A DNA stretch of 37,584 nucleotides, taken from the sequence record SRR20825006_2362. One strand, written 5' to 3'. Of this stretch, positions 1 to 9,090 are shown one piece after another. Positions within the stretch are counted from its first letter, which is position 1. Each line of letters starts with the position of its first letter. The position numbers and the translations under genes are program-made. The notes beneath the pieces were generated by a model that saw only the letters and a list, made by a program, of their open reading frames with translations, had not been told where the DNA came from and did no database searches.

Positions 1-55
1 GTGCCAAAACCATACAGGTGCTTAAAAGCCGCTGCCTTACAGTCGTGTATCCCAT
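1..55 (-). CDS. 5' end of a gene running off the window (MGYTTVRQRLLSTCMVLA...), signal-peptide-like; possibly a TonB-dependent receptor
   Basis: ATG at 55 preceded by GGGAGG RBS on the minus strand; R-x-R-L-L-S-T start typical of alphaproteobacterial outer-membrane receptors; divergent from the phytase. Product is inferred. Confidence 0.55.
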   Translation of the reverse strand, partial: MGYTTVRQRLLSTCMVLA

Positions 56-311
56 GGTTACCTCCCCAGGTTTCCCGATTGTCATTCCCAATTTTATCTT
101 CCACCACACCTCGTTTAGGACCTTGAGATGGTGGCGGGGGCGCCTTTCGCGGATGCCGATCATATGGAATCATGCTTTCCGTTACTGGTTATTATAGAAT
201 TTATATTCTTTTTTTCAACATAAATGAAAATTTTCTTCTTTTTTCTCTTGAAACTGGCGCAGGACAAGGCATATCTAAGAGCAAGGGAAGCCAGAAAAGG
301 GAGAGGCAACC

Positions 312-2384
312 ATGAAATTCAATCGTTATATAGCCGTTTTAGCAGCGGGTTGCGCCGCTGCATGTACACCAGATGCAGAGACATCGTCAGAGCAATCTGC
401 AACAAAATCACCTTCACAGATAAATGTTACAGTTTCGCGTGAGACTTCACCCAGCACTTCAGACAGTGCAGCCATGGCTCTATTATGGCCCGGTGACACT
501 CATATCATCGGCGCCGTGGAAGATGGCCTGGAGGTTTACGACCAGTCTGGCGCGTTCCTTTCAAAAACCGACGCAGGTGAAGTTGAAGCCCTTGGCCTCC
601 TCACTGGCTTTGGCGCTAATGAACGCGACCTCTTGCTGGGCCTCGATACATCTAATAGTACCGTGCAGGCATACAGCCTGTCCGGCAACGCACTTGTAAG
701 CACGGGTCAGGCTGCCGTTACATCCAACCTGCTTCTTGAAGGCATGTGTAGCTTCACCAGCCCGCTTGATGGCCAAAGCTATGCGTTTCTCCTGGCCTCC
801 AACGGTCAGGTACAACAGTGGCACGTGTATGAGGGCAAAGACGGTTCGCTTAAAAGCACACTGGCCCGCTCGCTTCAGTTGGGTACAGAACCCAAGTTCT
901 GCGTAGCAGACGCCAAAACCAACAAGCTTTATGTGACGGAAGAAGCCGTTGGTGTCTGGCAATTTGATGCGGATGTGGAAGCCGAGACCATTCCTGAACT
1001 GGTTGACGTGAAGAAATTTGGTCACTTCACCGGTGAGGTTGGCGGTGTTGCCATTCATCACACCGCAACTGGACAGTCGGTGCTGTTTGCATCTGACGTG
1101 GAGACCAGCACCATAAACCTCTACGACGTGGCAGACGATCACCGCTTTATGGGCGGTATGCAGCTTAAAGGCTCTGGCGCAGTGGACGGTGTGGATAACG
1201 CAGGGGGATTGTTCGCCACAGACGGTGCGAACGGCCAGTTGCTGCTTTCAGATGAAGATAATGGCAATGACGCCACCAACTTCAAGCTTGCCAACATCAG
1301 TGATATCGCAAGTGCGTTCAGCTTTGCCACCACTCTCAAACAGCCTGAGGCAAAAGATGCATCAGCCAAGCTTGTGCTTGTGCAGCCAAGCATGGAAACT
1401 GCGCCTGTAGCAGATGGTGGCGACGCGGCAGATGACCCGGCCATCTGGGTGCACCCAACCTCGCCAGAGAAAAGCCTGATCATCGGCACCAACAAACAAG
1501 GCGGCCTCTACGTCTATAATCTGGACGGAAGCGTGCGCCAATATGTGGCTGAGGGCCGCATGAACAATGTGGATGTCCGCTACGGTGTTAGTGTGGGCGA
1601 GGACAAGGTCACACTTGTTGCGGCCAGCAACCGAACCACAGAAGGCATCTCGCTCTATAAAATGGACGAAACAGCCGGCAAGCTCATCGATATTGCTGAC
1701 GGCCTGCAACCAACCGGCATGCCAGACCCATATGGCATGTGTCTTTATCAAAGCCCGAAGGATGACCAGACCTATGTCTTCATCAACGAGAAAGACGGTC
1801 TTGTCCGCCAATGGCGCCTGGATGAGGGATCACCAGGCCGCCTGAAGGCCACAACGGTGCGTGAGTTCACTGTTGGCAGCACGGCGGAAGGCTGCACGGC
1901 AGACGACGACACCGGCATGCTCTATGTGGCGGAAGAAGACGTGGCGCTTTATAAATACGGCGCTGAGCCCGATGCTGGTGATGCTCGTGAGACAATCACC
2001 ACCCCGCAAATGAACCCTGCGCTGAAGGATGACCTTGAGGGTGTGTCGATCTACTACGGCGAAGGAGAGACGGGGTATATCGTGCTCTCAAGCCAGGGCA
2101 ACAACACCTATGCCCTGTTTGACCGGCAGGCACCGCATGCCTACCTCGGCTCCTTCAAGGTAATTGCAGACAGTGACGCTGGCATTGACGGATCATCAGA
2201 GACCGATGGGCTTGATATCATCAGCACACCTTTGGGGCCAAACTTCCCTTACGGTGTGTTTGTTGCCCAGGATGGCCGCAATATCACCCCTGAAGAGCGG
2301 CAAAACTTCAAGCTTGTGCCGTGGGAACGTATTGCAGACCCACTGTCGCTCATGAAATACACAGGCCGCGACCCGCGCGGTTAA
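312..2384 (+). CDS. Tandem (dual-domain) beta-propeller phytase, probable lipoprotein
   Basis: C-terminal domain has DAADDPAIW, GRMNNVDVR, EGC-x-ADD, YVAEED, SSQG, DGLD and VAQDG motifs; N-terminal half is a degenerate second propeller (EPKFCVAD, YVTEEAVGVW); lipobox-like AAAC; RBS GAGAGG. Confidence 0.92.
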   Translation: MKFNRYIAVLAAGCAAACTPDAETSSEQSATKSPSQINVTVSRETSPSTSDSAAMALLWPGDTHIIGAVEDGLEVYDQSGAFLSKTDAGEVEALGLLTGFGANERDLLLGLDTSNSTVQAYSLSGNALVSTGQAAVTSNLLLEGMCSFTSPLDGQSYAFLLASNGQVQQWHVYEGKDGSLKSTLARSLQLGTEPKFCVADAKTNKLYVTEEAVGVWQFDADVEAETIPELVDVKKFGHFTGEVGGVAIHHTATGQSVLFASDVETSTINLYDVADDHRFMGGMQLKGSGAVDGVDNAGGLFATDGANGQLLLSDEDNGNDATNFKLANISDIASAFSFATTLKQPEAKDASAKLVLVQPSMETAPVADGGDAADDPAIWVHPTSPEKSLIIGTNKQGGLYVYNLDGSVRQYVAEGRMNNVDVRYGVSVGEDKVTLVAASNRTTEGISLYKMDETAGKLIDIADGLQPTGMPDPYGMCLYQSPKDDQTYVFINEKDGLVRQWRLDEGSPGRLKATTVREFTVGSTAEGCTADDDTGMLYVAEEDVALYKYGAEPDAGDARETITTPQMNPALKDDLEGVSIYYGEGETGYIVLSSQGNNTYALFDRQAPHAYLGSFKVIADSDAGIDGSSETDGLDIISTPLGPNFPYGVFVAQDGRNITPEERQNFKLVPWERIADPLSLMKYTGRDPRG

Positions 2385-2397
2385 GCCGGAGCTTATT

Positions 2398-2426
2398 GCC
2401 AGAGCGCTCAATCCGGGCGCTCTGGC
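2398..2426 (+). terminator. Stem-loop after the phytase, probable intrinsic terminator
   Basis: GCCAGAGCGCTC-aatcc-GGGCGCTCTGGC followed by a pyrimidine-rich tract. Confidence 0.65.
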
Positions 2427-2460
2427 TCTGTTCTTCTACCTACTCCACTTCAGATAGACG

Positions 2461-2515
2461 TTGACACTCGCCCCCTTGTTGCCAAGATAGCCGATATATT
2501 TCTGGAAATATAACG
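2461..2515 (+). promoter_or_regulatory. modBC promoter: TTGACA (2461-2466) and ModE-type operator (2492-2515)
   Basis: CGaTATAT-N8-ATATAaCG palindrome matching the ModE box consensus, just upstream of modB and downstream of a perfect -35 hexamer. Confidence 0.85.
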
Positions 2516-2543
2516 AAGTTACCTATCTGGAACGAGCGACACA

Positions 2544-3224
2544 ATGCCTGCATCATCCGAAATATGGTCTGCGATAGCGCTCACGTTGGAGCTTGCCAGC
2601 ATTACAACGCTGGTTCTGCTCCTTGTGGGCACGCCTATAGCATGGTGGCTTTCACGCCCCGGCCCGTGGTGGAAAGAGGCTGTTACCGCCGTGATCGCCC
2701 TGCCCCTTGTGTTGCCCCCCACCGTGCTTGGGTTTTACCTTTTGCTGGCGCTGGGGCCTGAAGGCCCAGGCGGCTGGCTGGCATCTCTTATCGGGGAACG
2801 CTCGCTCGCCTTCACCTTTGAAGGGCTCGTGATCGGCTCGGTCATTTATTCCATGCCCTTTGTGGTGCAGCCAATCCGCAACGCGTTTGAAGCCATTGGC
2901 GAACGCCCGTTTGAAGTAGCAAGCACGCTCGGCGCCTCACCGTGGGACAGCTTCTGGCGGGTTGCTTTCCCGCTCGCCCGCACAGGCTTTATCACCGGCG
3001 CGGTGCTTGGTTTCACCCATACCGTTGGCGAGTTTGGCGTGGTGCTCATGATCGGCGGTAATATTCTGGGCGAGACCAAGGTGCTGTCTGTCGCGATCTA
3101 CGATTATGTAGAAACCCTGCAGTGGGCGCCGGCGCACCTTCTGGCAGGTGGCATGCTGGCCTTCTCCTTCATCGTTATCTTTGCAGTCACCCTGCTGGGT
3201 CGGCGCACGAGGACAGCGACATGA
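2544..3224 (+). CDS. modB: Molybdate ABC transporter permease
   Basis: [28 protein letters not shown] and hydrophobic TM pattern typical of ModB. Confidence 0.95.
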   Translation: MPASSEIWSAIALTLELASITTLVLLLVGTPIAWWLSRPGPWWKEAVTAVIALPLVLPPTVLGFYLLLALGPEGPGGWLASLIGERSLAFTFEGLVIGSVIYSMPFVVQPIRNAFEAIGERPFEVASTLGASPWDSFWRVAFPLARTGFITGAVLGFTHTVGEFGVVLMIGGNILGETKVLSVAIYDYVETLQWAPAHLLAGGMLAFSFIVIFAVTLLGRRTRTAT

Positions 3225-4333
3225 CGGCAGGCATGATACGTGCAGACTTTTCAGGTCGTCTCGGTGGTTTCTCGCTCAATGTCGCGTTTGAGGCACCGAT
3301 GCAGGGTATCACCGCGCTTTTTGGCCGCTCCGGCAGCGGCAAAACCACCCTACTACGCACTATCGCTGGTCTCACACGGCTGGAGGGGAGCTTTCACCTC
3401 GGCGATACGTGCTGGCAAAATAAGGACGGTGTTTTTATCCCGCCCCACCGACGGTCAGTTGGCTATGTTTTTCAGGAAGCCAGCCTGTTCGCGCACCTGA
3501 ATGTGAGACAAAACCTCATGTTTGGTATGAACCGGCGAGAAAAACTGGCCGCCTCCAAAACCGACGAGGCTGTAAGCTTTCAATTTGATCAAGTCGTTCA
3601 CCTGCTCAACATTGCCCCGTTCCTTGACCGCGCACCCGGCACACTCTCGGGCGGTGAGCGACAGCGCATTGCCATTGGCCGCGCACTTTTAAGCCAACCG
3701 GACATCCTGTTGATGGATGAACCGCTCGCCGCACTTGATTATGCCAGCAAACAGGAACTGCTGAGCTATCTTGAGGTTCTGCACCGCGAACTTTCACTCC
3801 CCATCCTCTATGTTAGCCATGATATGGCCGAAGTCTCCCGCCTCGCAGACCATGTCGTGATGATCGAAAATGGCAAAAAAACGCTGAGCGGCCCTGCAGG
3901 CACTGTTTTCTCCGCGTTGGATTTTCAGCCTCCGGAGGGGCGCCAAGAGGCCAGCGTGGTGGTGAAAGCGAGGCTAACTGGGCATGACACAGAGAACAGC
4001 TTGACCAAACTGCAAATTGGCACCCAATCGCTCAACATTCCGCTAAGCCGTGTTGAAGGGAACGACGAGATAAGTGTAAGAATCAAGGCCTGCGATGTGG
4101 CAATCGCGACCAAACGGCCTGAATTCATCAGCATCCGCAACATTTTAAAGAGCACGATTACGGAAATTCGTGATGACACCAACTCGGGCCTCTCTGAGCT
4201 GTTACTGGATGTAGAAGGGGCAACGATTCGTGCCCAAATTACCCATCAAGCGGTAAGAGAACTCGGGCTTAAGGCGGGTCTTGAGGTCTTTGCGCTGATC
4301 AAAAGCATGTCCCTTACTGGTCACCAAACGTGA
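3221..4333 (+). CDS. modC: Molybdate ABC transporter ATP-binding protein
   Basis: Walker [28 protein letters not shown] and C-terminal TOBE/Mop (SIRNIL...LGLKAG...ALIK). Start at ATG 3221 overlaps the modB stop (ATGA). Confidence 0.95.
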   Translation: MTAGMIRADFSGRLGGFSLNVAFEAPMQGITALFGRSGSGKTTLLRTIAGLTRLEGSFHLGDTCWQNKDGVFIPPHRRSVGYVFQEASLFAHLNVRQNLMFGMNRREKLAASKTDEAVSFQFDQVVHLLNIAPFLDRAPGTLSGGERQRIAIGRALLSQPDILLMDEPLAALDYASKQELLSYLEVLHRELSLPILYVSHDMAEVSRLADHVVMIENGKKTLSGPAGTVFSALDFQPPEGRQEASVVVKARLTGHDTENSLTKLQIGTQSLNIPLSRVEGNDEISVRIKACDVAIATKRPEFISIRNILKSTITEIRDDTNSGLSELLLDVEGATIRAQITHQAVRELGLKAGLEVFALIKSMSLTGHQT

Positions 4334-4456
4334 CACCTCCGGACCACACCGTAAATTCAAGACTGGAAACCTTTCCAGCAACGCTTTAATTAATAAACGT
4401 TAAAGGAACTTCCTGTATGGAGGGAAGACGTAGATAGTTCGGGATAGCCTGCATTT

Positions 4457-6853
4457 ATGCTCGAAAAACTGTATCAATGTATTGTAGTTGACCACGATTA
4501 CCGGCTCGTGCTCCTTGCGGCCGTGATCTGCGCCTTTTCATGTTTTACGGCAATCAACCTCCAGCAACACACCGCCGGAAGCCAGAAAAAGCATCAAAAC
4601 CGCTGGCTGCTGCTTACGGCTGTTGCCGCTGGCATCGGTGTTTGGGCTACGCATTTTATTGCAATGCTTGCGTATGACGCGGGCTCTCCAAAATCCTACG
4701 ATATGGTCCCCACGCTGGCTTCTATCCTAATTGCAATTATTTTGATGGGCGCCGGTTTTGCTATATTTACCAACAGGGAAAATAAACTGTCCCTGCATGT
4801 CGCTGCGTGGCTCATGGGGCTTGGTATTGGTGCCATGCACTTCACCGGCATGTCAGGCCTCCATATCTGGGGCACCTTCGCTTACGACCTGTCTTGGGTG
4901 ATAAGCGCCCTGATTATTGGCATCCTTGGCTGCACAGCGACATTGCTGTGCCTTGAGAAACTTCGCGGTGTGAAAGCGCAAGCCTATGCTGCTGTGTCGC
5001 TGACACTGGCGATCTGTGGCCTGCATTTCACCGCCATGACGGCACTTACTGTCACACCAGACCCAACAATCGTCCAAACTGACGGACTAGTATCAGACGG
5101 CGTGCTTTTGGTTGCTGTTACGCTGGCCACCTTCATGGTACTCGCATCCGCGCTGGCAACAGGCGTTATCGACAAACATCTGGCTGATCGCCGCACCGTG
5201 GAAGCAAGGCGCCTTAGAAACCTCGCCAACGCCGCGATGGAAGGTATTGTGCTGCTGGACGGCAAGGGCGCCATCGTAGATGCCAACCACAGCTTTCTGG
5301 GCCTATGTGGTAGACACCTGGAACCACTTCGCGGCATGCCTTTCACAGTGTGTTTCCAGCGACTTGAATTTGACCCGGACCGCAGGTCTGCCTGGTTCGT
5401 AAACGACGCCATCCTCATTGGCGCCAATGAGAAGGAAATCCCGACCGAGATTTTCTTCCGCCCGGTGCAGGACCGCATTGGTGCACAAATGGTTGCTATC
5501 GTGCGCGACATCCGCGAGCGCCGCGCCGCCGAGCAGCAGATCAATTTCCTCGCGCACCACGACAGCATCACTGGTGTCGCTAACCGCGCCGTCTTCCAGC
5601 AACAACTGGAACACGCTGTTACCAAGGGATCATCTGGCAGGCACGCACCTAAAAAGCACGCGCTCTACTTCATCGATATTGATGATTTTAAGGAATTGAA
5701 CGCCCGGCTTGGCCATGCGGCGGGCGACGCTGCCCTCAAAGAAGTTGCCGAAAGGCTCAAGAAAGTTGTTGGTGACCAAGGCTTGGTTGCCCGCCTGTCA
5801 GCCGACCAGTTCTGCATCCTCCATGACGGCGTTGAGCACAATGATGATGCGGATACCTTCGCGCTCGCCCTCAAAACAGCGCTTGTTGCCCCCTTCCCTG
5901 TGGCAGAGAAACCGGTATCGCTAACAGCATCAATCGGTATTGCCATGCACCCGAATGACGCGCAGGACCCCGAGGTTCTGCTCTTGAGGGCCGAGATTGC
6001 AATGAAGCGCGCCAAGCTTGAAGGCCGCGGCAAATATTGCTTCTTTGAGCCCGTGATCGACGAGAAACTCGAAGAACGACGTGCACTCAAGCAAGACCTG
6101 TTGCAAGCCCTTGGGCGACATGAGCTTTACCTGCAATATCAACCGCAATATCACACAGAAAACCGCAAGCTTTCGGGCTTTGAGGTGCTCTTGCGTTGGC
6201 GACACCCTGAGAAGGGTATTATCTCCCCCGGTGAGTTTATCCCGATGGCGGAAGAAACTGGTGTGATCAACGAAATCAGCATCTGGATGATGAACGAAGC
6301 CTGTCGGGCAGCCAAAACATGGCCAGCATCCCTTAGCCTCGCTGTTAACATGTCTCCCATCCAGTTTGAGCAGGACGGCCTAGTCGAAATCATTGGCCGT
6401 ATCGTCAGGCGCCACGGCCTGACCCCTGACCGGCTTGAGCTCGAAATCACCGAGAGCATCCTGATCGCCGACGAGGATCGCGCCCTGCGTATCCTCAAGA
6501 AGCTCAAGGAAGCAGGCATGCGCCTCGCGATGGATGACTTTGGCACAGGCTACAGCTCGCTCAGCTACCTGCAGACCTTCCCGTTTGACAAGATCAAGAT
6601 CGACCGCAGCTTTGTGATGCAAATGGATGATGATAGTCACTCTGTTGGCATTGTGCGCGGCGTGATCGGTCTTGCCCACGGCCTTGGCATTCCCGTGCTG
6701 GCCGAGGGTGTTGAAACCGAAGCCCAACTGGCGCTATTGCGTGAGATGGGCTGTGACGAGGTTCAGGGCTTCCTGCTCGGACGGCCTGAGCGGCTCGAAG
6801 ATTATGCCGATCAGATCGCCGCAATCGAACAAGAAATCGAACAAACCGCCTAA
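4457..6853 (+). CDS. MHYT-PAS-GGDEF(degenerate)-EAL protein, likely c-di-GMP phosphodiesterase
   Basis: Three MHYT-like motifs (THFIAM, MHFTGM, LHFTAM), a PAS region, GGDEF replaced by SADQF, and an intact EAL domain (EVL, DDFGTGYSSL, KIDRSF, EGVE). Confidence 0.92.
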   Translation: MLEKLYQCIVVDHDYRLVLLAAVICAFSCFTAINLQQHTAGSQKKHQNRWLLLTAVAAGIGVWATHFIAMLAYDAGSPKSYDMVPTLASILIAIILMGAGFAIFTNRENKLSLHVAAWLMGLGIGAMHFTGMSGLHIWGTFAYDLSWVISALIIGILGCTATLLCLEKLRGVKAQAYAAVSLTLAICGLHFTAMTALTVTPDPTIVQTDGLVSDGVLLVAVTLATFMVLASALATGVIDKHLADRRTVEARRLRNLANAAMEGIVLLDGKGAIVDANHSFLGLCGRHLEPLRGMPFTVCFQRLEFDPDRRSAWFVNDAILIGANEKEIPTEIFFRPVQDRIGAQMVAIVRDIRERRAAEQQINFLAHHDSITGVANRAVFQQQLEHAVTKGSSGRHAPKKHALYFIDIDDFKELNARLGHAAGDAALKEVAERLKKVVGDQGLVARLSADQFCILHDGVEHNDDADTFALALKTALVAPFPVAEKPVSLTASIGIAMHPNDAQDPEVLLLRAEIAMKRAKLEGRGKYCFFEPVIDEKLEERRALKQDLLQALGRHELYLQYQPQYHTENRKLSGFEVLLRWRHPEKGIISPGEFIPMAEETGVINEISIWMMNEACRAAKTWPASLSLAVNMSPIQFEQDGLVEIIGRIVRRHGLTPDRLELEITESILIADEDRALRILKKLKEAGMRLAMDDFGTGYSSLSYLQTFPFDKIKIDRSFVMQMDDDSHSVGIVRGVIGLAHGLGIPVLAEGVETEAQLALLREMGCDEVQGFLLGRPERLEDYADQIAAIEQEIEQTA

Positions 6854-6927
6854 GAAAACCGTCCCTGCCCGCGACCAACCACACAGCACTTCAGCTCACA
6901 CATTTGCCGTCAAAGGATTGAGATGTT

Positions 6928-6942
6928 TGGCATGCGCCTTGC
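6928..6942 (+). promoter_or_regulatory. Sigma54-type -24/-12 promoter
   Basis: TGGCAT-GCGCC-TTGC, GG-N10-GC spacing, about 35 nt before the TTG at 6977. Confidence 0.7.
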
Positions 6943-6976
6943 GTTCCTTAAGCAGGAAACACGACAGGGGGCAAAA

Positions 6977-8062
6977 TTGAACGGTATTGTTTCGAACACC
7001 TATGTTGCGCATTACACACCTCAGGGTATGTTGACCACGCGTAGCCAGCAAACAAATGAAAACAACGGCACTGAAAAGCAGCCACATGCGTCGGCAATAA
7101 ACATCACCCTATCCAATGCCGCACAAGCAGCGCTCGCAGCTAACACCAAGAATATTTCGACCGATATAGGAAAAGTAGCTCATCAAAAATTAGAGCAGCT
7201 GCTTGAACGCCTCGGGCGAACTTCGTTGCTTGATGATGGGAAACTGGCCGTAGATTTGTCCAGCTTAAGTCGGCAGGAAGTTTTTGCCGCCTCGAGTAAT
7301 AGTGGCGATTTATTTACGACAGCAGAGCAAAAAGCTGGCAAAATTGAACTTGAACGACGCTTTGACGCAGCCTTGACCGGAGGGGTGGCGTTGATGCGCG
7401 TTACAGGAAGCTATCAGGACCTCTATGAGAGTGCACTTGAATATCTGCAAAACGCTGGCGAGGCTGAAAAGAAAACAACTGATTGGCAGGCACAGTTTAA
7501 TGCGCTTAAGCAGGCCTCGACGTATCTGGACACCCATCCAGATACTGCCCCAACCGGAATAGCGAACGATCCGGTGGCCGACTATCTTGAGCGGCTGGAT
7601 GCTGGCGCCGTATCAGAAAATGGCAATCTGGAAGGTATCGCGGTAGAGGCACGCAAGGTATTGGATCGCATTTCCGGCGCCAACGGACAAATGGAAGGAT
7701 TGTCTCGTTTTGGCAGTCGAACCCTTTCAGCCATTGCGGTCAATGTATCCGACCAATTCAGTGATCGGGAAATCATTGCCGCGAAACACGAAATAAAATC
7801 GCGTGTCGGGGCCTCTGTACAAAGTGCATTCCAGCAAGCGAACACAAGTGGTGACCCTACTAATTTCTCGAAAAGGCTGATCGCTCAGTATTCTTCCATG
7901 AGCGCTGAAGAAAGGGAAGCAGCGGGCCTGGATAAAAGCTATTACGATGCGATCGTCAAAAATTACGAAACATCCCAAAGAATATCTCAGACCCTCAACA
8001 TAGGTACATCAGGCGTACGCACCTCCTCGGGAGGCAGCCTGAGTCTGCTCAATTTCCTCTAG
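6977..8062 (+). CDS. Hypothetical protein with an internal helical repeat
   Basis: Long ORF; TTG at 6977 preferred because it follows a purine-rich CAGGGGG and lies downstream of the sigma54 site. Two copies of L-S-x8-A-x3-N-x2-D-x-F-x3-E-x2-A-x-K-x-E-x3-R; C-terminus SLLNFL. Confidence 0.75.
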   Translation: MNGIVSNTYVAHYTPQGMLTTRSQQTNENNGTEKQPHASAINITLSNAAQAALAANTKNISTDIGKVAHQKLEQLLERLGRTSLLDDGKLAVDLSSLSRQEVFAASSNSGDLFTTAEQKAGKIELERRFDAALTGGVALMRVTGSYQDLYESALEYLQNAGEAEKKTTDWQAQFNALKQASTYLDTHPDTAPTGIANDPVADYLERLDAGAVSENGNLEGIAVEARKVLDRISGANGQMEGLSRFGSRTLSAIAVNVSDQFSDREIIAAKHEIKSRVGASVQSAFQQANTSGDPTNFSKRLIAQYSSMSAEEREAAGLDKSYYDAIVKNYETSQRISQTLNIGTSGVRTSSGGSLSLLNFL

Positions 8063-8280
8063 GCACCTGCCCTTCTGGTTGTCACACAGGCGCCGTTTTC
8101 GCTACCGAATGACGCGGGCGAACCCACGATCAGGTCATAACACACTGGATCGAGCGATTGTTTGATCAAACCACCCATGCTTCCAATGCCAGACACCTTG
8201 AGGCAAGGAACCGATGAAGATAGGATTGAGCCCAACGTTTGCCGCATCAACTCCCTGCTGTCGAAAACCATTGCCTGCAT
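8059..8280 (-). CDS. Small ORF resembling the N-terminal half of a receiver domain (possible remnant)
   Basis: MQAMVFDSRELMRQTLGSIL...YDLIV resembles beta1-alpha1...beta3 of NarL/LuxR-type REC domains; no strong RBS. Confidence 0.35.
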   Translation of the reverse strand: MQAMVFDSRELMRQTLGSILSSSVPCLKVSGIGSMGGLIKQSLDPVCYDLIVGSPASFGSENGACVTTRRAGA

Positions 8281-8386
8281 GTTTTCGGGCCGACTTCGCA
8301 TCGGCAAATTATATAATCTTACACTAAACCAAAGTTGTGTTCACAAAACGCGCTCTCAAACGTCTGCATGGCAAAAATGTATAAAC

Positions 8387-8423
8387 AAAACCGCCAGGGC
8401 GTTGTTGGGGCGCCCTGGCGGTT
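8387..8423 (-). terminator. Intrinsic terminator after the lipoprotein gene
   Basis: AACCGCCAGGGCG / CGCCCTGGCGGTT 13-bp stem with a U-tract on the minus strand. Confidence 0.8.
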
Positions 8424-8449
8424 ATCAACTCTTAAATATTCAGAAGATG

Positions 8450-8971
8450 TTAAACCCGGTCGCGCAGGGTCTTTACAAGGCCATGCGCCTCATAAAATGC
8501 ACCACCATCAGGTTTTTGGCCCGCACCCATGACAATCTCTATCAGGGTGACCGTAGTTTCACGGTTTGCATGACGGGTTTCAGCCACACCGGGCTCAATA
8601 TAGGTTGGACGGGTAACGGTACGACAGCTCAACACCCCACACTCGCGGTAGGTCGTTGCATGCACCCGCATAGACGCAACCGCATGGGAATGGTTTTCGC
8701 TACGGTCAATATCCGTGTCGCGGTCAACAACCTCAAACCAGTCATAGCCCTTTTCAAGCGTCAGCTCTGCTGCACGCAACAAGGCATAATCTTTCGCCAA
8801 ACCAGCTTCGTCACCCTTGGTTTTATAGGCAACACGGTAGCGGTTCTTATCAATCACGCTTTCATAATAGCCAAAATCGCCGGGGTCGTTCGCCGCCACA
8901 TAACGTGGGCCAGTCGACGCACATGCAGCTGCCATCAAGGCAATCGGCAGGGTGAGCAGCATTTTTTTCAT
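8450..8971 (-). CDS. Lipoprotein, CC0125/CC1285-like family
   Basis: Lipobox AAAC; YRVAY...DYALLRAAELTLEKGYDWFEVV motif; RBS GAGGAGG. Confidence 0.8.
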   Translation of the reverse strand: MKKMLLTLPIALMAAACASTGPRYVAANDPGDFGYYESVIDKNRYRVAYKTKGDEAGLAKDYALLRAAELTLEKGYDWFEVVDRDTDIDRSENHSHAVASMRVHATTYRECGVLSCRTVTRPTYIEPGVAETRHANRETTVTLIEIVMGAGQKPDGGAFYEAHGLVKTLRDRV

Positions 8972-9007
8972 CGTAACCTCCTCTTGGGTCGGTTTCTCAA
9001 TGCTGCA

Positions 9008-9073
9008 ACTATGGGGCGCGGCGTGTGAATTCTCGATAGGAGGCTGTACCGGATAATATAAAGCCGGGATAAA
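9008..9073 (-). promoter_or_regulatory. Island promoter 1 (lipoprotein): TTTAT-N6-TTTAT, -35 TCGAGA, -10 CATAGT
   Basis: + strand ATAAA at 9058 and 9069 (11-bp period); -35 at 9031-9036; 17 nt; -10 at 9008-9013. Confidence 0.55.
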
Positions 9074-9087
9074 TTCCCGGCTTTATA
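9057..9087 (-). terminator. Hairpin after the KdpE-like gene
   Basis: TATAAAGCCGGGA-taaat-TCCCGGCTTTATA perfect 13-bp inverted repeat right after the stop at 9091. Confidence 0.75.
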
Positions 9088-9090
9088 GCG

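Noticed and set aside
80-97. Possible Pho box (TGTCAT...TTTTAT) upstream of the phytase
   Set aside because: The second half-site is poor and the period is 12, not 11.
3122-3220. Longer ORF-track starts for modC, and likewise for the genes at 10768, 11777, 18527, 20944, 22659, 29064, 29315 and 30918
   Set aside because: Downstream starts have RBSs or coupled overlaps and match the family N-termini; the extensions overlap neighbouring genes or promoters.
4386-4403. Possible CtrA box upstream of the MHYT-EAL gene
   Set aside because: TTAA half-sites are spaced by 6 or 10 nt, not the canonical 7.
6923-6976. ATG 6923 as start of the repeat protein
   Set aside because: It overlaps the sigma54-type promoter and lacks a clear RBS; TTG 6977 fits better.
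8162-9028. 288-aa plus-strand ORF
   Set aside because: Antisense shadow of the lipoprotein gene, runs through a terminator and has no recognisable motifs.
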